Assembly (NCBI GenBank): GCA_003344405.1
Contig: NOWV01000016.1
Span: 434,001 to 498,000 of the forward strand
Source of the DNA: Trichoplax sp. H2
Lineage: Eukaryota
Direction: 5' to 3'
Length of the DNA stretch: 64,000 nucleotides
In this document: one piece after another, positions 27,801 through 40,700 of the stretch
Numbering within the stretch: the stretch's first letter is position 1
Layout of the letters: the number at the start of each line of letters is the position of its first letter
The notes under the pieces: generated by a model
What the model saw: only the letters and a program-made list of their open reading frames with translations
The model's database searches: none
What the model was told of the DNA's origin: nothing
Position numbers and translations under genes: made by a program

Positions 27801-29307
27801 TGATGTTAGTTGGGTGTAGAAGGATCTCAATTTTCGCTTTAATCAAATATTTCTGTATAGACAATATTATAAAGTTCTAATTTCGATTCTAATTAAAAAT
27901 AAATTCATATTACATTAGTCTTACTATCCGTGAGAACTAAATAGCTAATAACTAACTGTACTATATCGCTCTATAATTTGGTATCCTATGAATAATTAAT
28001 CTATATAAATTCAAACATTTTAATAAATCTTGTTATTAATTCTATTAGCTAACATCATTTCAATTTAATAGAATAGTCGTTATTAAGATGCAGCGATAAA
28101 TTTACCTATAGTTGGAATACATCTAACTGTTTATTTCCAATAAATAGTTGGATAATTATCTGAAAAAACGATATATTGATGGATCAAATCGTCCCATCGA
28201 AAAGGCGATCATCGAAGCTTATGACTGTATTTTGGAATGTGATGAAAAACTTAGTATCACCGGACATTCTCATCGAGTTCAGGTAAGATACATGAAACTA
28301 TTAAACGTATTCTTAACTTAAAATATTTAAATTGTAGATTAATTCCTCAATAAATATATAATCTAGATAAGTGTTGAAGTCATAAATTGTCTCCTTGACA
28401 TCACACAAGATGTAAAAATTTTATTAAAAGATCAAGGGCTCTTGCAATCGATAGAGGTAATGTAAAAATTCTATCAATACCCATCTGCCTTTGTAATAAG
28501 TATTTATGCGAGATAATCATGAATAGTATCGTCCAACCCTAAGCTAGTATCATTATGTTTCGATCAATATCGATGTCATAATCTTCAACTTTTGAAGCTT
28601 AATTATTTCGACCAGATATTTATTCTTTAAGATTTTATATAACTGACCTTAGATATCTTTACCAATTATAGAATGATATTGACGATTTTAATCAAGTCTA
28701 TTGCCAATCTTCATTTATTCAATCGGTTTATAATCGAGCAGTGGTTGTTATTAACGATGTTGAACGATTAAAACTGGATGTTCAATCGCTAATTGCTACC
28801 TGTTGTGACAAGAACAGTTTGAAGAATAGATTGAAAACTTATGAGGAATCAGTTCAATATAGTAAAAGTATTATTCAAGATATTTCGAAATTGTTAAGAG
28901 TCATCAATCGGCATTCCAAACGTTCCAGTTTAATCCCAAATACACCAGAAGATGGTTCAGTAAGAACGCCCGACTTATCACTGTTTGATCATTCTAAATC
29001 TCAAGATGACGACACAGACACTGGCATCATTGATCTAGCACAAAAAATTATACAAACTTGTAATACATTAAATAAGATTTTAAGTAACAGGTCGTCAGGT
29101 TCAACGACACCAAGACCATCCATTCGTGGTGCATTAGTAAAGGGTGATGAACAAGTAACATCATCTACACCACCTCCAATTTATGTTAGATCGACATCAT
29201 TTACAAATAAAGGGATTAAAAAAGGAATATTTGATGATGCAAAAAGTCGCGAATTAGAGCAAGTTTTAGCATCAGTTAAGAAAAAGCATAAAAATCAAGG
29301 TAAATAA
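15841..29307 (+). CDS. KIF14-like kinesin-3 family protein (N-terminal extension, degenerate motor domain, coiled coil, FHA domain, long tail), more than 30 exons
   Basis: Motor exons: 15841-16349, 16792-16996 (GYNTCLFAYGP), 17671-17693 (IGSGRSY), 17857-17938 (GLIPRICDELF), 18014-18100 (YEIFNEKIYDIL), 18263-18315, 18453-18483, 18591-18698, 18829-18933 (LNIVDLAGSE), 19077-19195, 19311-19412 (LLKEILGGNCRT), 19754-19827. Then pre-FHA/FHA exons (YLVNLHEDDRLS; IRLPGALISERHC; TYVNG; DKIVFGDQFFR), KIF14-like LSILLNEANHIS and TWSFLKFESHLANMRE, a large exon 24944-25938, and a last exon about 28672-29307. The 3' end is less certain. Confidence 0.85.
19413..19753 (+). other. Candidate U12-type intron with AT-AA termini in the kinesin gene
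   Basis: 5' end ATATCCAA; U12-like branch site TCCTTAAT at 19737-19744, about 10 nt from the 3' end. Joining gives EFIDTIKLCNAAKSIIN, in register with the kinesin consensus ETLSTLRYANRAKNIVN. Confidence 0.6.
25556..25685 (+). repeat. Coding 42-bp repeat x3 encoding SKRSSVASQVEI(H/Y)P-like units
   Basis: agcaagc...tc(t/c)gttgc(c/g)agtcaa occurs three times within the large kinesin exon and is visible in the ORF translation. Confidence 0.9.
26235..26615. repeat. Diverged ~55-65 bp intronic tandem repeat
   Basis: Recurrent tagcttta(a/c)(c/t)agttaaatcat...tagaatagacactatta motifs in a kinesin intron. Confidence 0.65.
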
Positions 29308-32300
29308 ATCCAGTTTTACATGAAATTCGATTCTCAATCAAGGCACTGCTAGAACTACGCTACATCCAATCTCCCACTTGTATCAGATCAATATTATTTC
29401 ACCAAGCTTAATAACGTCTAAAATCGCTCATTGGCACAAGTTTTGGCATCATTTAAGATAATACATGAAAAATTAAGCCTAACTAAATCAAAAAATTAAT
29501 TTCTATACCATGCAGAATTTGATTTATAACACCAAGTAATACTGGCATTAGATTACGTGCTGCCTAATGCCATCTGCTGTTTCAATCTTGCGGTAACTAT
29601 CTCGTATTTGAAAGTAACGATAAAAGTTATATTCATCATAGAAATTAAGCAACCCATCTGTTAACACAAAATTGTATAATTATTCATGTCTATTCATTTA
29701 CACTGTACGTATATCTATCAATTCACTTTTGCATCGATTTACTTCGCTAGCTCTCTATATGTACAAGGATACTATTAAATTGGATACCGCAATACCATTA
29801 AATATTTTCCCGAAAATAATAAACTAATTTTCGATATTTTATATTAATTATGTAACATAGTTCAATATAAAAATTCTTCAGTACTACTCAAAAGGAACTA
29901 TTATGAATGATCTTGTTTCTTCTTCTACTTCGCTAATAACTGTAATGATATTATTAGCTGAAATGATAGTAATTATTCTGCAGTCGTTAATTTTTCAATT
30001 GTTTTGGCCATCCTACTGTTAAAGTTACTTCTTTCACTATAACGTTTCAATTGAGACGATACTACTATATTTGATACGTTCTAATCATTCTTCTATATAG
30101 ACATAATTGTTATAAATAATTGCCAACATTTAAGTTTGTTTCTGTAAGAGCTACAATCTTCTGTCAGTTATGTATTTATTTGTATTTATTCTAGCAGTAC
30201 CATATCAATCAGCTCAACATTCAACATAAAAAAACACTGTCATTACGTTCATTCCAATCTCTGTTGATATTTGTAAGTTACAAATTTGAAAAAAATAGAA
30301 TGTTTACAAAATATTTTACGTTCTATTTTGTCTATAATACGATTCTAATCATAGTGGTAGCCTGCCCTGAATTAGTCGGTAACTTTATGATGTTGACGTT
30401 GAAGGATAATTTTTTGCGATCAAGTGATTCTTGATGCAGTTAAAGGACAAAAACTGATATAGCCGTTACGGTAGTGCAAGGAAACCGTTTTCTTAAAATA
30501 AAATGAAAGATCAAATGGACAATAGTCCACCTATAAAATTTTATCTTTTGGCCATTAACAATGTGTAAAACTACTTTATGTACATAGATGAGTTATTTAA
30601 ATAATTTACTAAATTAATTGCTTATTTTTTTATAAAAGATCACTATGGAAATGATCTTCATTCATCATTTTCTACCATGTTACTATCATCAAATTTCCAA
30701 GTTTATGTGATGTACTAACCAATGTCACCATCAACAAACTTAATATTGCTTTAATTTGAAATAAAATATCTCAGCTCAGTTTTCTCTTCCTTGCTGATAT
30801 TATTCAATTATCAGCTGTACTATAAATTTATTATCCTTAGTAAGTTAAATATCCCGTAATTTGAAACTTAAAGTTATCCTTAATTTTATATTAATTTTAA
30901 TATTATGAAATTTTGCATTAAAGAAACTGGCTAGAACGATATAATTGCTTTGTAGCAAGAATGGATAATACGTTCTAACGATATGCTTAGAACTTATCGC
31001 TATCATTTACATTAATATTATGGGATTATGACATGTGCGAAGCTGTATCATCTCAACAACCTAGCTTTATGCTATAGAAGGCTAAATAACTGTGAATTTA
31101 AAAGTAAAATTCTCAGTAAACACTTCTTTCTATAATAATGCCATCCAAATACAACATGCTAATTATGAAGTTACTTATAGTGCTTTAGATATACGAAATA
31201 ACAATTACACTTGAAATACTATTTTCAGCTTACCCTTTCTTTCAAACAGACATCGTTAACATTATGCTTTATGTTGGGCATTGTTGTATCATTTTGATAT
31301 TGCATAAATTTAAAAATAAAATATCTTAAGTCATCCTTTTAATTTGTACTAACTTTAAATTTTTCAGTTATATCCTACCAGAAGCGTTGTATCATCATAA
31401 ACAAACTTGATATAGCCTATATCAGATTTGCAAAGATATCTCTAAGCATTCTTTTCGTATTTGTTACCGTCAACTTAAGCTATGTACATATATACAGTAG
31501 CAATATCATCCCAGCCATACTAAATGTTGCTTAGATTATTGTTATATCCAGTAGATAAAAGAGTCTTATCAGTTTTAGCTATTGCTTTATTGGCGAGATA
31601 TCTTAGTTAATAATGAGAACGTAAATTAATCTAAGCTGGTAAATATGCGTAAATATGCGTAAAAAGATAAGCTGCATCAATCACTAATATCTAAAAGTTA
31701 CCTTTATGGGAATTTCCTCTTTTAAAAGGTAAAGTAAATAGGACTGGTAAAGTTGCCGATGGACTGATTAGTTAGGTAAAAGCATCAATAGCTCAAAATT
31801 TTAGCCTACTGTACGAATATAGCTCTAGATAAAATAACCTAAAGAATTTATTTCGGAATAGTCCTTTAACGTGTTTAGGCAACAAGATGTATACTCTAAT
31901 CTATACCTTTGTCATAAGGGAGACTGATTTGTCTTGGATCGTCAAAATAAAATAGTAACGAATAAGAGTAGGTTAGTTACTATCCTTCTTATACGCTTTA
32001 TCATGGACAAATAACATGGTAGTTTAAGACTGTGAGCCCAAGATAATATAAACTTTGTCAATTACAAAGCAGTATAGAACCTAAGCAAATTTTATATACT
32101 ATTAAGGAGAAGAGACTGCTACTATTTAAAAGTAGTCTTCATTTAGGCTACGACTTGATCTCAGTTGATTATTGCAATTTTAAATCAGAATTTTAATACT
32201 TTTTGAAAATCCATTCTCAAGATTGATATAATCAATCGAGCTTTCAGTATAAAAAAGATTAAGTAGATAAACATAAATTCCATGAAAATAAAAATAGTTA

Positions 32301-33394
32301 TTTCTTTGTGAATTTTATATACTATTTGTTTTAAATTGGCGACCGAAAAAAATTGAAATCATAATTGAAATATTTAGAAAAGAAGAAAAACTATGATTGA
32401 TAAACATAGATCTAAATTATTTCATCACAGCTCATACATGAAATAAAACCTCGATATGGCAAAGAATAATAATCATTATTTGCTATACTCTTAAAACTTA
32501 ACAAAAAGGCTTTCAAACATCCTTTGAAATTATCTACTATTTACATGAAAAGAGAAAGTCTATAGAAAGAATTAAAACAGGTAAATAGTTATTAGGTCGA
32601 AAATTTAAATCGTGGCAACTACTACAAAACTATAAAATAATAATTATCATAGTATAATATTAACATTATAAATAATATTTACAATAATCCATTGTTCATG
32701 GTAATTCGGCATGTAACATTAATTTGCAACCCTTTCATCCATAACTATCTTAAAATATTAATGGAATCTAATGTTGGCTAGCTTTTATATCTTAAGGTAT
32801 AAATAAAATGAATAATCCTTTTTGAAAATAAAAACTAATTATATTGTTTCTAATTTAAATGAACGACGCTATCTTATCAAGCAAAATGATATTTTACGCT
32901 GAAAATTATCATTTATCTATCCTATATACATATACGCATATATATATATATAGGTTCTACTCCACTTAATCTATTAGATTTCAATTGGATGGATAATTGG
33001 ATACTGTAAATCCTTATGTATGGCAATACTTCTACGTATGTCCATAGATTAATACCATAATTTAACTATCGATATTTCATTAGTGAATACAACCAATGTA
33101 ATAAAGCTAGTTGGAACGGCAGCTTAGATCAAATAGAAGCTAAATTGTTACTAATTTTTCCGAACGTTTCTATTTTAATGTAGGTAATATTCTTCGACAA
33201 GTTTGATAATTATATTATCTAAATCAGGATTATGTTGTGCGGCACCTTTCAAAATAAAGATAAATTAAAAAATCGGAGTCTTTTTCTTTCTTTCGTAGGC
33301 TGACAACATACTCAATTGAAATCTTTTTATGATATCTTACAGTATATCTTCTATCATCTCCAGCACGTACATGTCATGTGCTTAGTACGTAATA

Positions 33395-34671
33395 TTAATG
33401 ATTTGGCGTAATTTGCATTTGTAGGCTTTGCCCAATATTGACTGGACCATTATTAACACCAGCAATTGGTGCACCGCTACGATAGAGATGATTTGAATAA
33501 GGGCTTGGCATCGCTTCTGAACCATCTGATTGTGATGACAATGGTGATAATGTCGATGTAGACCAACTTTCTGGTGATTCTGGTGGTGGTGTCAAATAGT
33601 TAATAACCAATCGATTACTTTGTGAATTTAAATTAGTTGTTGTTGTCGTTGTACATTGCGGTGGTGTTTCACCATTAGGATATTGCGAAGGCGGTGTTAG
33701 ATAGAATTCTTGAGTCATCATTGATGGTACTGGAACTGTTGTAATAGCGTTGTGAGTCATTAAATGAACACCGTTGACATTCTCATTATACAACTGCTGC
33801 GATGAAACTGGAATACCGGTTGGATTATTATTAGTAGTTACTATCGAAGGCGAATCATCACTTTCTAATTCATCCACTAAAACGGGTTGATCATCGGTTA
33901 AATTGTTTGCTGATGCTAACATTTCAAATCGTTTTGCATTCCTTTCTTGTAAATCTAAACTAGAATCATCACTATCACTAAACATAGCAACATCCGATTG
34001 CATATCTTGCCAACTTGTTTGCTCTATCATCCCATTATTGGTTATGGTTGGTCCATCATTTTCTAAATGGCCATTTTGATTGATAATATGATTACTAGAA
34101 GGATTACTGCCATCGTCTATATCAGTTGGTTGATTGTTAAAATCAGCCTCTTCATTATTATTAATGGGAGATACATAATCTAAAAAGGCTTGATCTAACT
34201 CTAACTCTAAAATATTTTGTAGATCAAATCCTTGATTGCCATCTTCTGTTTGCATAGGTACCGGCACGTAATTAGAGTTATGATGTAAACCATGACCATT
34301 GACCATTTCTGTGGTCATTGTTGGCAAAGTAACAGTGGCTTGCATGGGTAAACTTGGTTGTGTAACAGGACTAACACAAGTTGTTGTTGAATTTACACCT
34401 ACCATACTAATAACTTCTCCATTCGCTGTAGTTACAACAGCTGATATTGGCGATGGTTGGAGAACAATCGGTGATGGCTGATGCTGTGGTGAATCATGAT
34501 ATTGTGGAGATGCTAAAGGTGAATTTTGGGCTGCATTAGGTACTAGTCTGGCTTGTTGTTGTTGCTGTTGTTTTTGTTGTTGTTGCTGTTGTTGTTGTTG
34601 TTGTTGTTGCTGCTGTTGCTGTTGTTGTCGATGGAGCTGCTGTTGCTGTTGTTTTTGCTGATGTTGATGAA

Positions 34672-34702
<31 letters not shown>

Positions 34703-37700
34703 ATGGAGCTGCTGTTGCTGTTGTTGCTGTTGATGAAGCTGCTGTTGCTGTTGGTGTAGATGCTGTTGCTGCTGATGCAATTGCTGTTGTTGTTGAACTT
34801 GAGTTTGTACTTTCTGTTGTGACTTTTGTGCGTCTCGACCATTGACCGATTTGGCATAATTAGTTGTGGTCGATTGGCGTGGAGTCATACGAGGTATAGG
34901 TACTTTGGGTTGTGTTGTCTCTTGGCGAAATATCTCAGGGGAGACAATTCTTGGCTTATCCGGTAATGGAGAGAGTGATGCAGCTGTTCCGTTGGTCGTT
35001 GCTCCATGAACAGCAACTTTCCGACTCTGATGTTGACGAATTAATTCTGCAACTTGACGATGTTGCTTCTCCTTAGCAACATCATATGGCGTTCTAAGAT
35101 GAATATCCTCAATACTTTCATCAGCATTTCGACCTAATAGAGCTTTGACATTTTCAACTCTGCCATCTTTAGCTGCCTTAAATAGTGCTGTCTCACCATA
35201 AGTATCTTGTGCATCAATAGCAACTTTATGTTCAAGTAATATCTGAACGATACGAGAATGTTCTGTACTGGCTGCCCAATGCAATGCATTACGACATTTG
35301 TTATCGACTGTATCTACCTTGACAACATCAGGTAATTCCAGTAATTTCTTGACAATATTAGTCATACCATAGCGTGCAGCATAGATTAATGGAGTACTAC
35401 CGGTTTTATCCGTTGCAATTAAATCTGTTCGGCTATCATGAGCTAAAATCTAGTAGAGGATAAATGGTCAAAAAATTGATTAAGAAACGCTATTTTTCTC
35501 CTTGAACATGTTTCAACTACCGTATAAATGCCTTCATTTGGCAAAATGAGGAGTAACATTGGAAAGTATATAAGAGCAAAGGATCGAGGATGATAAGTAA
35601 AACTAGGAAATATTGGCTCAATTACAATTACAATTTACCTTAAAAATAGTCTCTGCTTTTGATGTTATAGCGATATGTAACGGTGTCCTACCCGTACTCT
35701 CTTTAATATTTGGATTAGCACCGTGCTCTAATAACTTTGCCGTAGCAATTTCATTTCTTTCAATTGAAGCAAAATGTAATGCTGTCATTTGATTATCATC
35801 TTGGGCATCTTTATCAGCTCCCGATTTGATTAGGTAATCCATAACGGTAGCAATATCGATGTGATGTTGACTATTTTGATCATTCTTATCATGATTTTCC
35901 TGATCTTTCTTCTTACCATTAGTTAATGGATTCGATTTTCGACGAACAATTTGCATCAACGGTGTTATGCCACCTTTCCCTTTAGCGTTAACATCTTCTA
36001 CATAACTTAATAATTCTTTGGGAGCATTTTGATCAGGTAAAAATTTAGGATTCGATTCGTTACGATGTAAACTATTCCATTCACGATCGTCTTCAGCAAT
36101 CGCTGGGAAATCGTAATTAGAATCCGTTTCACTATCGTCGTCAGGATGATTTATTTGCTTTTGATTAATATTGTAATGGAAGCGTTTACGTGGAGGTTCG
36201 ATAATATCCACTTGTGTTTCACCGTCAGAATTCCAATTGATTTCTGTATTTTTAATATCTGGCACTTCACGACAATTTTTATATTCTTGCCGCATTTGTT
36301 GCTTGTGTCCATAAGCACCAGCACCATTATTCATGTTGCTATTTCTAATCATAATAATAAATAACATCAATTTCTAGCTATCTAAGTACAAGGCAACTAA
36401 GCAACAAATCAAAATACTTGTCGATTACATCACTAATGTAATTTATTGCTGTAACTTGAACATGCTAATTATCGACGGTTATAACAAAATCGATCTAAAC
36501 TACTGTTTTTAAACATGAAGATTCTACTTACGGTCCAGCAAGTTTGGAGTTATAACTAGGTAATCCATTATTATCTTTATTCTCTTTTGATCCAAAAGGA
36601 AACCAAATACCGCGAGTTTCTTTCCTTTTACGTGTTTGCAAAACCCCTACCACTAGGAAGATGGTAAATACGGCAGCTCCACCAACGGAAAGTATTAGAA
36701 TCCATTCCAATGATAGCGGATTATCCTGAATCGGCACTTGAATAATTTCATCTGGAAAAGAAGGAAATTAAGAAATAAGTCCATAGCTTAATTTCTTTTC
36801 GTGACAAGAGCTTATTATATCTCCATGATTTCGATTTGCAACTCTATGCAACTGTCACTGATTCATGCGATGGCAAAATCATGATGCAAATTATTGAGGA
36901 TTATAATACGATTGCACGATTCGTAATTTTAATATGGTAACCATGCAATCTATGATCAATTTATAAGTCTTGTATCTAATTTTAATATAGTATTTTTATT
37001 ATTGGACATTATCCATTTTGTCCATCTTGATTATTCATGATAGGACGGCTTACCGGACAGAGAGAGTATCTTGAATGGAAGTTTGTTTAAGAGAATACTC
37101 TTGGAAATAGCTAAAGCTGCTAAAAATTTAGCCGCCTAAAAGGAAATATTAAATGGAGATGGATATACTTGTTACCTTTCTATTTCTAGCTTAGGTCTCA
37201 AATTGTCAATTCAAGCTATAATTACGCTACCTCATTTGTCTTCTTAAAGCAAGATCCTGTACATCCACGATTATCCAAGATTATACCTACTCGTAGCCTG
37301 TCATAACGGATATTTGAGAAATGAGAAGAAACAAATTAGAAAAATCAATCTTTTACTACCGATGTGTGAAATAAAGTAGCACCAGAATTACTTCGACAGG
37401 AACTAAGTGTATTGCAAAGTCTATCACGAGTAATTACGTCTTATTTCTTACCCGACTGTCGATGTTGCTCGGCGTTCTCTATTCAATATAAACCTTCCAT
37501 TTTTGAAATCGTTAAAGAGCGATCTTTTACTTCTTGATGTTGCACCAACCTTGACTTCTTTAACATCATCTTTACCATCCACTTTGGCAATTTCTATAGT
37601 AGTTCTTATAGCAATACTTAACGTTCTCAAAAACGACTTGGAGCTGTTGGTGAAGGATTCTAAATTGGTTGCCAAGATCATATAAGATACGCCTTTGGAC

Positions 37701-40700
37701 TACGCGTGAGAATAGGCCATGATAGAGCAAAGAAAAATAGAAATTATAAGTAAATTGGACATGCAAGCCACAAGATATGCTGTCACTTTTTCTAGTTAAT
37801 TTCATAACTCAACTTTAGTACAGAAACGAATTACGGAAGATTGATAGAAGAGCAAGTAAGATCAAGGAAAACAGAAAGAATAAAAGCTTAACACTTACAT
37901 ATTTTGGTGTTTGATCATTGCAATCTAATCCGTCAAACATGCATTCTCGGCTATTGCAGCCTTTATCGCAATAACCATTACCATAATTGGCTTCGCAATA
38001 CTGATTGTAATTATCCCTAAATTTCAATTATAAAAGATACTTAATAATGGCAAAAATGAAACAACTGTACGAGAGAACTAGTCCAAGAGCTAGACAAAAA
38101 GGATACAATGCGAATGCGGTCGTGAAAATAACTTACGGGCAAGAAGCTACTGCTTGATTGCAATCCCAACCATCGTATAAACAGCTTTCAGAGTTACATT
38201 CTTGATCGCACCGACCATCATGAAAGAGCTTCCAACACTGTCGGCCATCCTTACGTGTGCAATTACTCCATGGGCTCAAATAGAGTGAGCAATCGAATCC
38301 ATCCCAGGCGCATTCGTAGGTATTACATTCCGGCTGTTGTGAACGATTAAGAAATAGGGAGATATTAAACTTATGAAGGGACAATAACTAATGTCATTAG
38401 GATATAAATAAGCGATGAATACATTAGCTTATTGGATGAGAAGTATGCAAACTTTATCATGAAAAACTTACGTTGCAAACTGAATTGTTAAATACTTTCT
38501 TGCATGATGGGATGCTACAACGAGCGCCTATGTTATTAAGGCGAAATTCATTTCTTAGTACTGAAATAAATGCGATAAATTTATTGAAGATAGATCGGAT
38601 TAGGTCATATTTACCTGGCAATTCTATTTCGCAAGACTTTCCAGTATATCTCCATGGGCATTGGCACTCTTGACGACCTTGTGAACTTGTACATACACCA
38701 CCATTTAAACAGCGACATCCACCTTCACATCTTGAACCGGTAAATCCAGAGACGCAATCACATTCGTATCCATTGGCTAATTCTCGGCATTGACCATCAT
38801 TCTGGCAAGGATTAGGCGAGCAATGAATTACTTTACTATTACAATCTTGACCAGTGAAAGAGGATGGACATGAGCAAGTGTAAGTGCCATTACTACTTTG
38901 GCATGTACCACCATTGTCGCAAGGATTGGATGTGCATGGATCAAGGCGACTTTGGCAATTTTGACCTACACGAATTGATAAGTGTTTCAATAGGACTATC
39001 GATGATGAGTGGAAAACTTCTTATTGAATAAACTTGTTAATTTTACCTGTAAATTCATCTTTGCAGATACAAGTATAGCTATTATCGCCATCAATGCACT
39101 TTTCAAGGCCTTCTGCGTGGCATGGCTGGGATAAACATTCATCAATGTTACCTTGGCATCGATCGCCAATAAAACCTGTATTACATTCACATCGGAATCC
39201 ACCAATTTCATCGATACATTTCCCACGACGATAGCAGGAATCTTCCTGGCATTCATTTCGATCAGTTTCACAATGGATACCAGTGGTTCCAGTAGGACAA
39301 ACGCAAATGTAACGATTAACAAGATCATGGCAAGTTGCAGTATTCATACATGGTGAACTTGCACATTCATTGATGTTGGTTTCGCAGTGTGTTCCTAGCG
39401 AAAGTTAGATTCGTATTGGTGCTTTAATATCCAGTAGATTTGAATCGGATGAAACTGTTATACTTTGAGATTTAATCAATAGTGATACTCTTGCTAATAA
39501 ACAACGTAGCAACTTAAGAAAATTGTACCTGTATAGCCTTCCATACATGTACAGTTATAACTGTTGATATCATCATGGCAGACACCTTTATTTAAGCAGG
39601 GCGAAGATGAGCATTCATCGAAATTGCTCTCACAATTGCGTCCAGTATAACCTTCAATTAATAGCAATATAAATTAACCATATGAATATTTGAGGAGCTA
39701 TTATCAAATATTCTGAAATATTTAAGCAATACTTCATGATGCCGTTAACTACCTGGTTGGCAGACACATTTATAGTTATCGTCGAGATCGTAACATGTCC
39801 CATCATGATGGCAAACGGTACTGGCACAATCATCGATATTCGTTTCGCAATTGCGACCTGTAAAGCCATCTTTGCAGAAACATTGATAATTGCCAATATC
39901 ATTAAGGCAATTGCCATTAAGGCATGGATTGGATAAGCATTCATTAATATCAGTTTCACAACGTTGGCCTCGATAACCAACAGGACAATCGCAAAAATAG
40001 GAGCCGATGGTGTTGACACATTTGCCTTTCTCACATACACTTGCGCCAAGGTTACATTCATCTGCAGAAAGAACGAGAATGAAATATAAGCTTTGCTTTT
40101 AAAAAGGATAAAATGGAGTAGTACAACTTTCATAAAAGAAGGAGCTCCTCACAGCTGTATATCAAAGACATTATCGCTGTACTTACTTATATCAATTTCA
40201 CAGTGGATTCCTGTATAACCTCGAGAACACATGCATGATGCATTACCGCTAATATCGGTGAAACATGAGCCTAAATTCATGCAGGGGCTAGAAGCGCATT
40301 GATCAACTTTGTCGCAACGAGCACCTAATATAGATGATAGTAGCAATTTAACAGTGAGATACCAGGGTAGATGTTGAAACTATCATGACAGGTTATTGCG
40401 AATATTGGAAGCCATTGCAACTTCACTTATGCTTATTAAATTCACTTCTCTTACCGGTGTATCCTCGCGCACAATCGCATTGATAACTTGCGACTAAATC
40501 AACACAAGTAGCACCATTTTGGCATTCATTATTAACGCAATCGTTGATGTTGGTTTCGCATTTTTTACCCGTAAAACCAGCTTGGCAATGGCAAGCATAA
40601 GAACCATAAGTATTTTGACATGATGCATTATGATTACAAGGATTCTTGATACATTCGTTAATATCCATAAGGCATGCGGTGCCGGTAAAACCTAACAAAT

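Noticed and set aside
34543-34857. Poly-Asn/Ser and poly-Leu ORFs (34543-34857 -, 34553-34759 +)
   Set aside because: These are alternative-frame and antisense readings of the Notch polyQ repeat.
38996-40133. ORFs 38996-39328 and 39654-40133 (-)
   Set aside because: These are off-frame shadows of Notch EGF exons.
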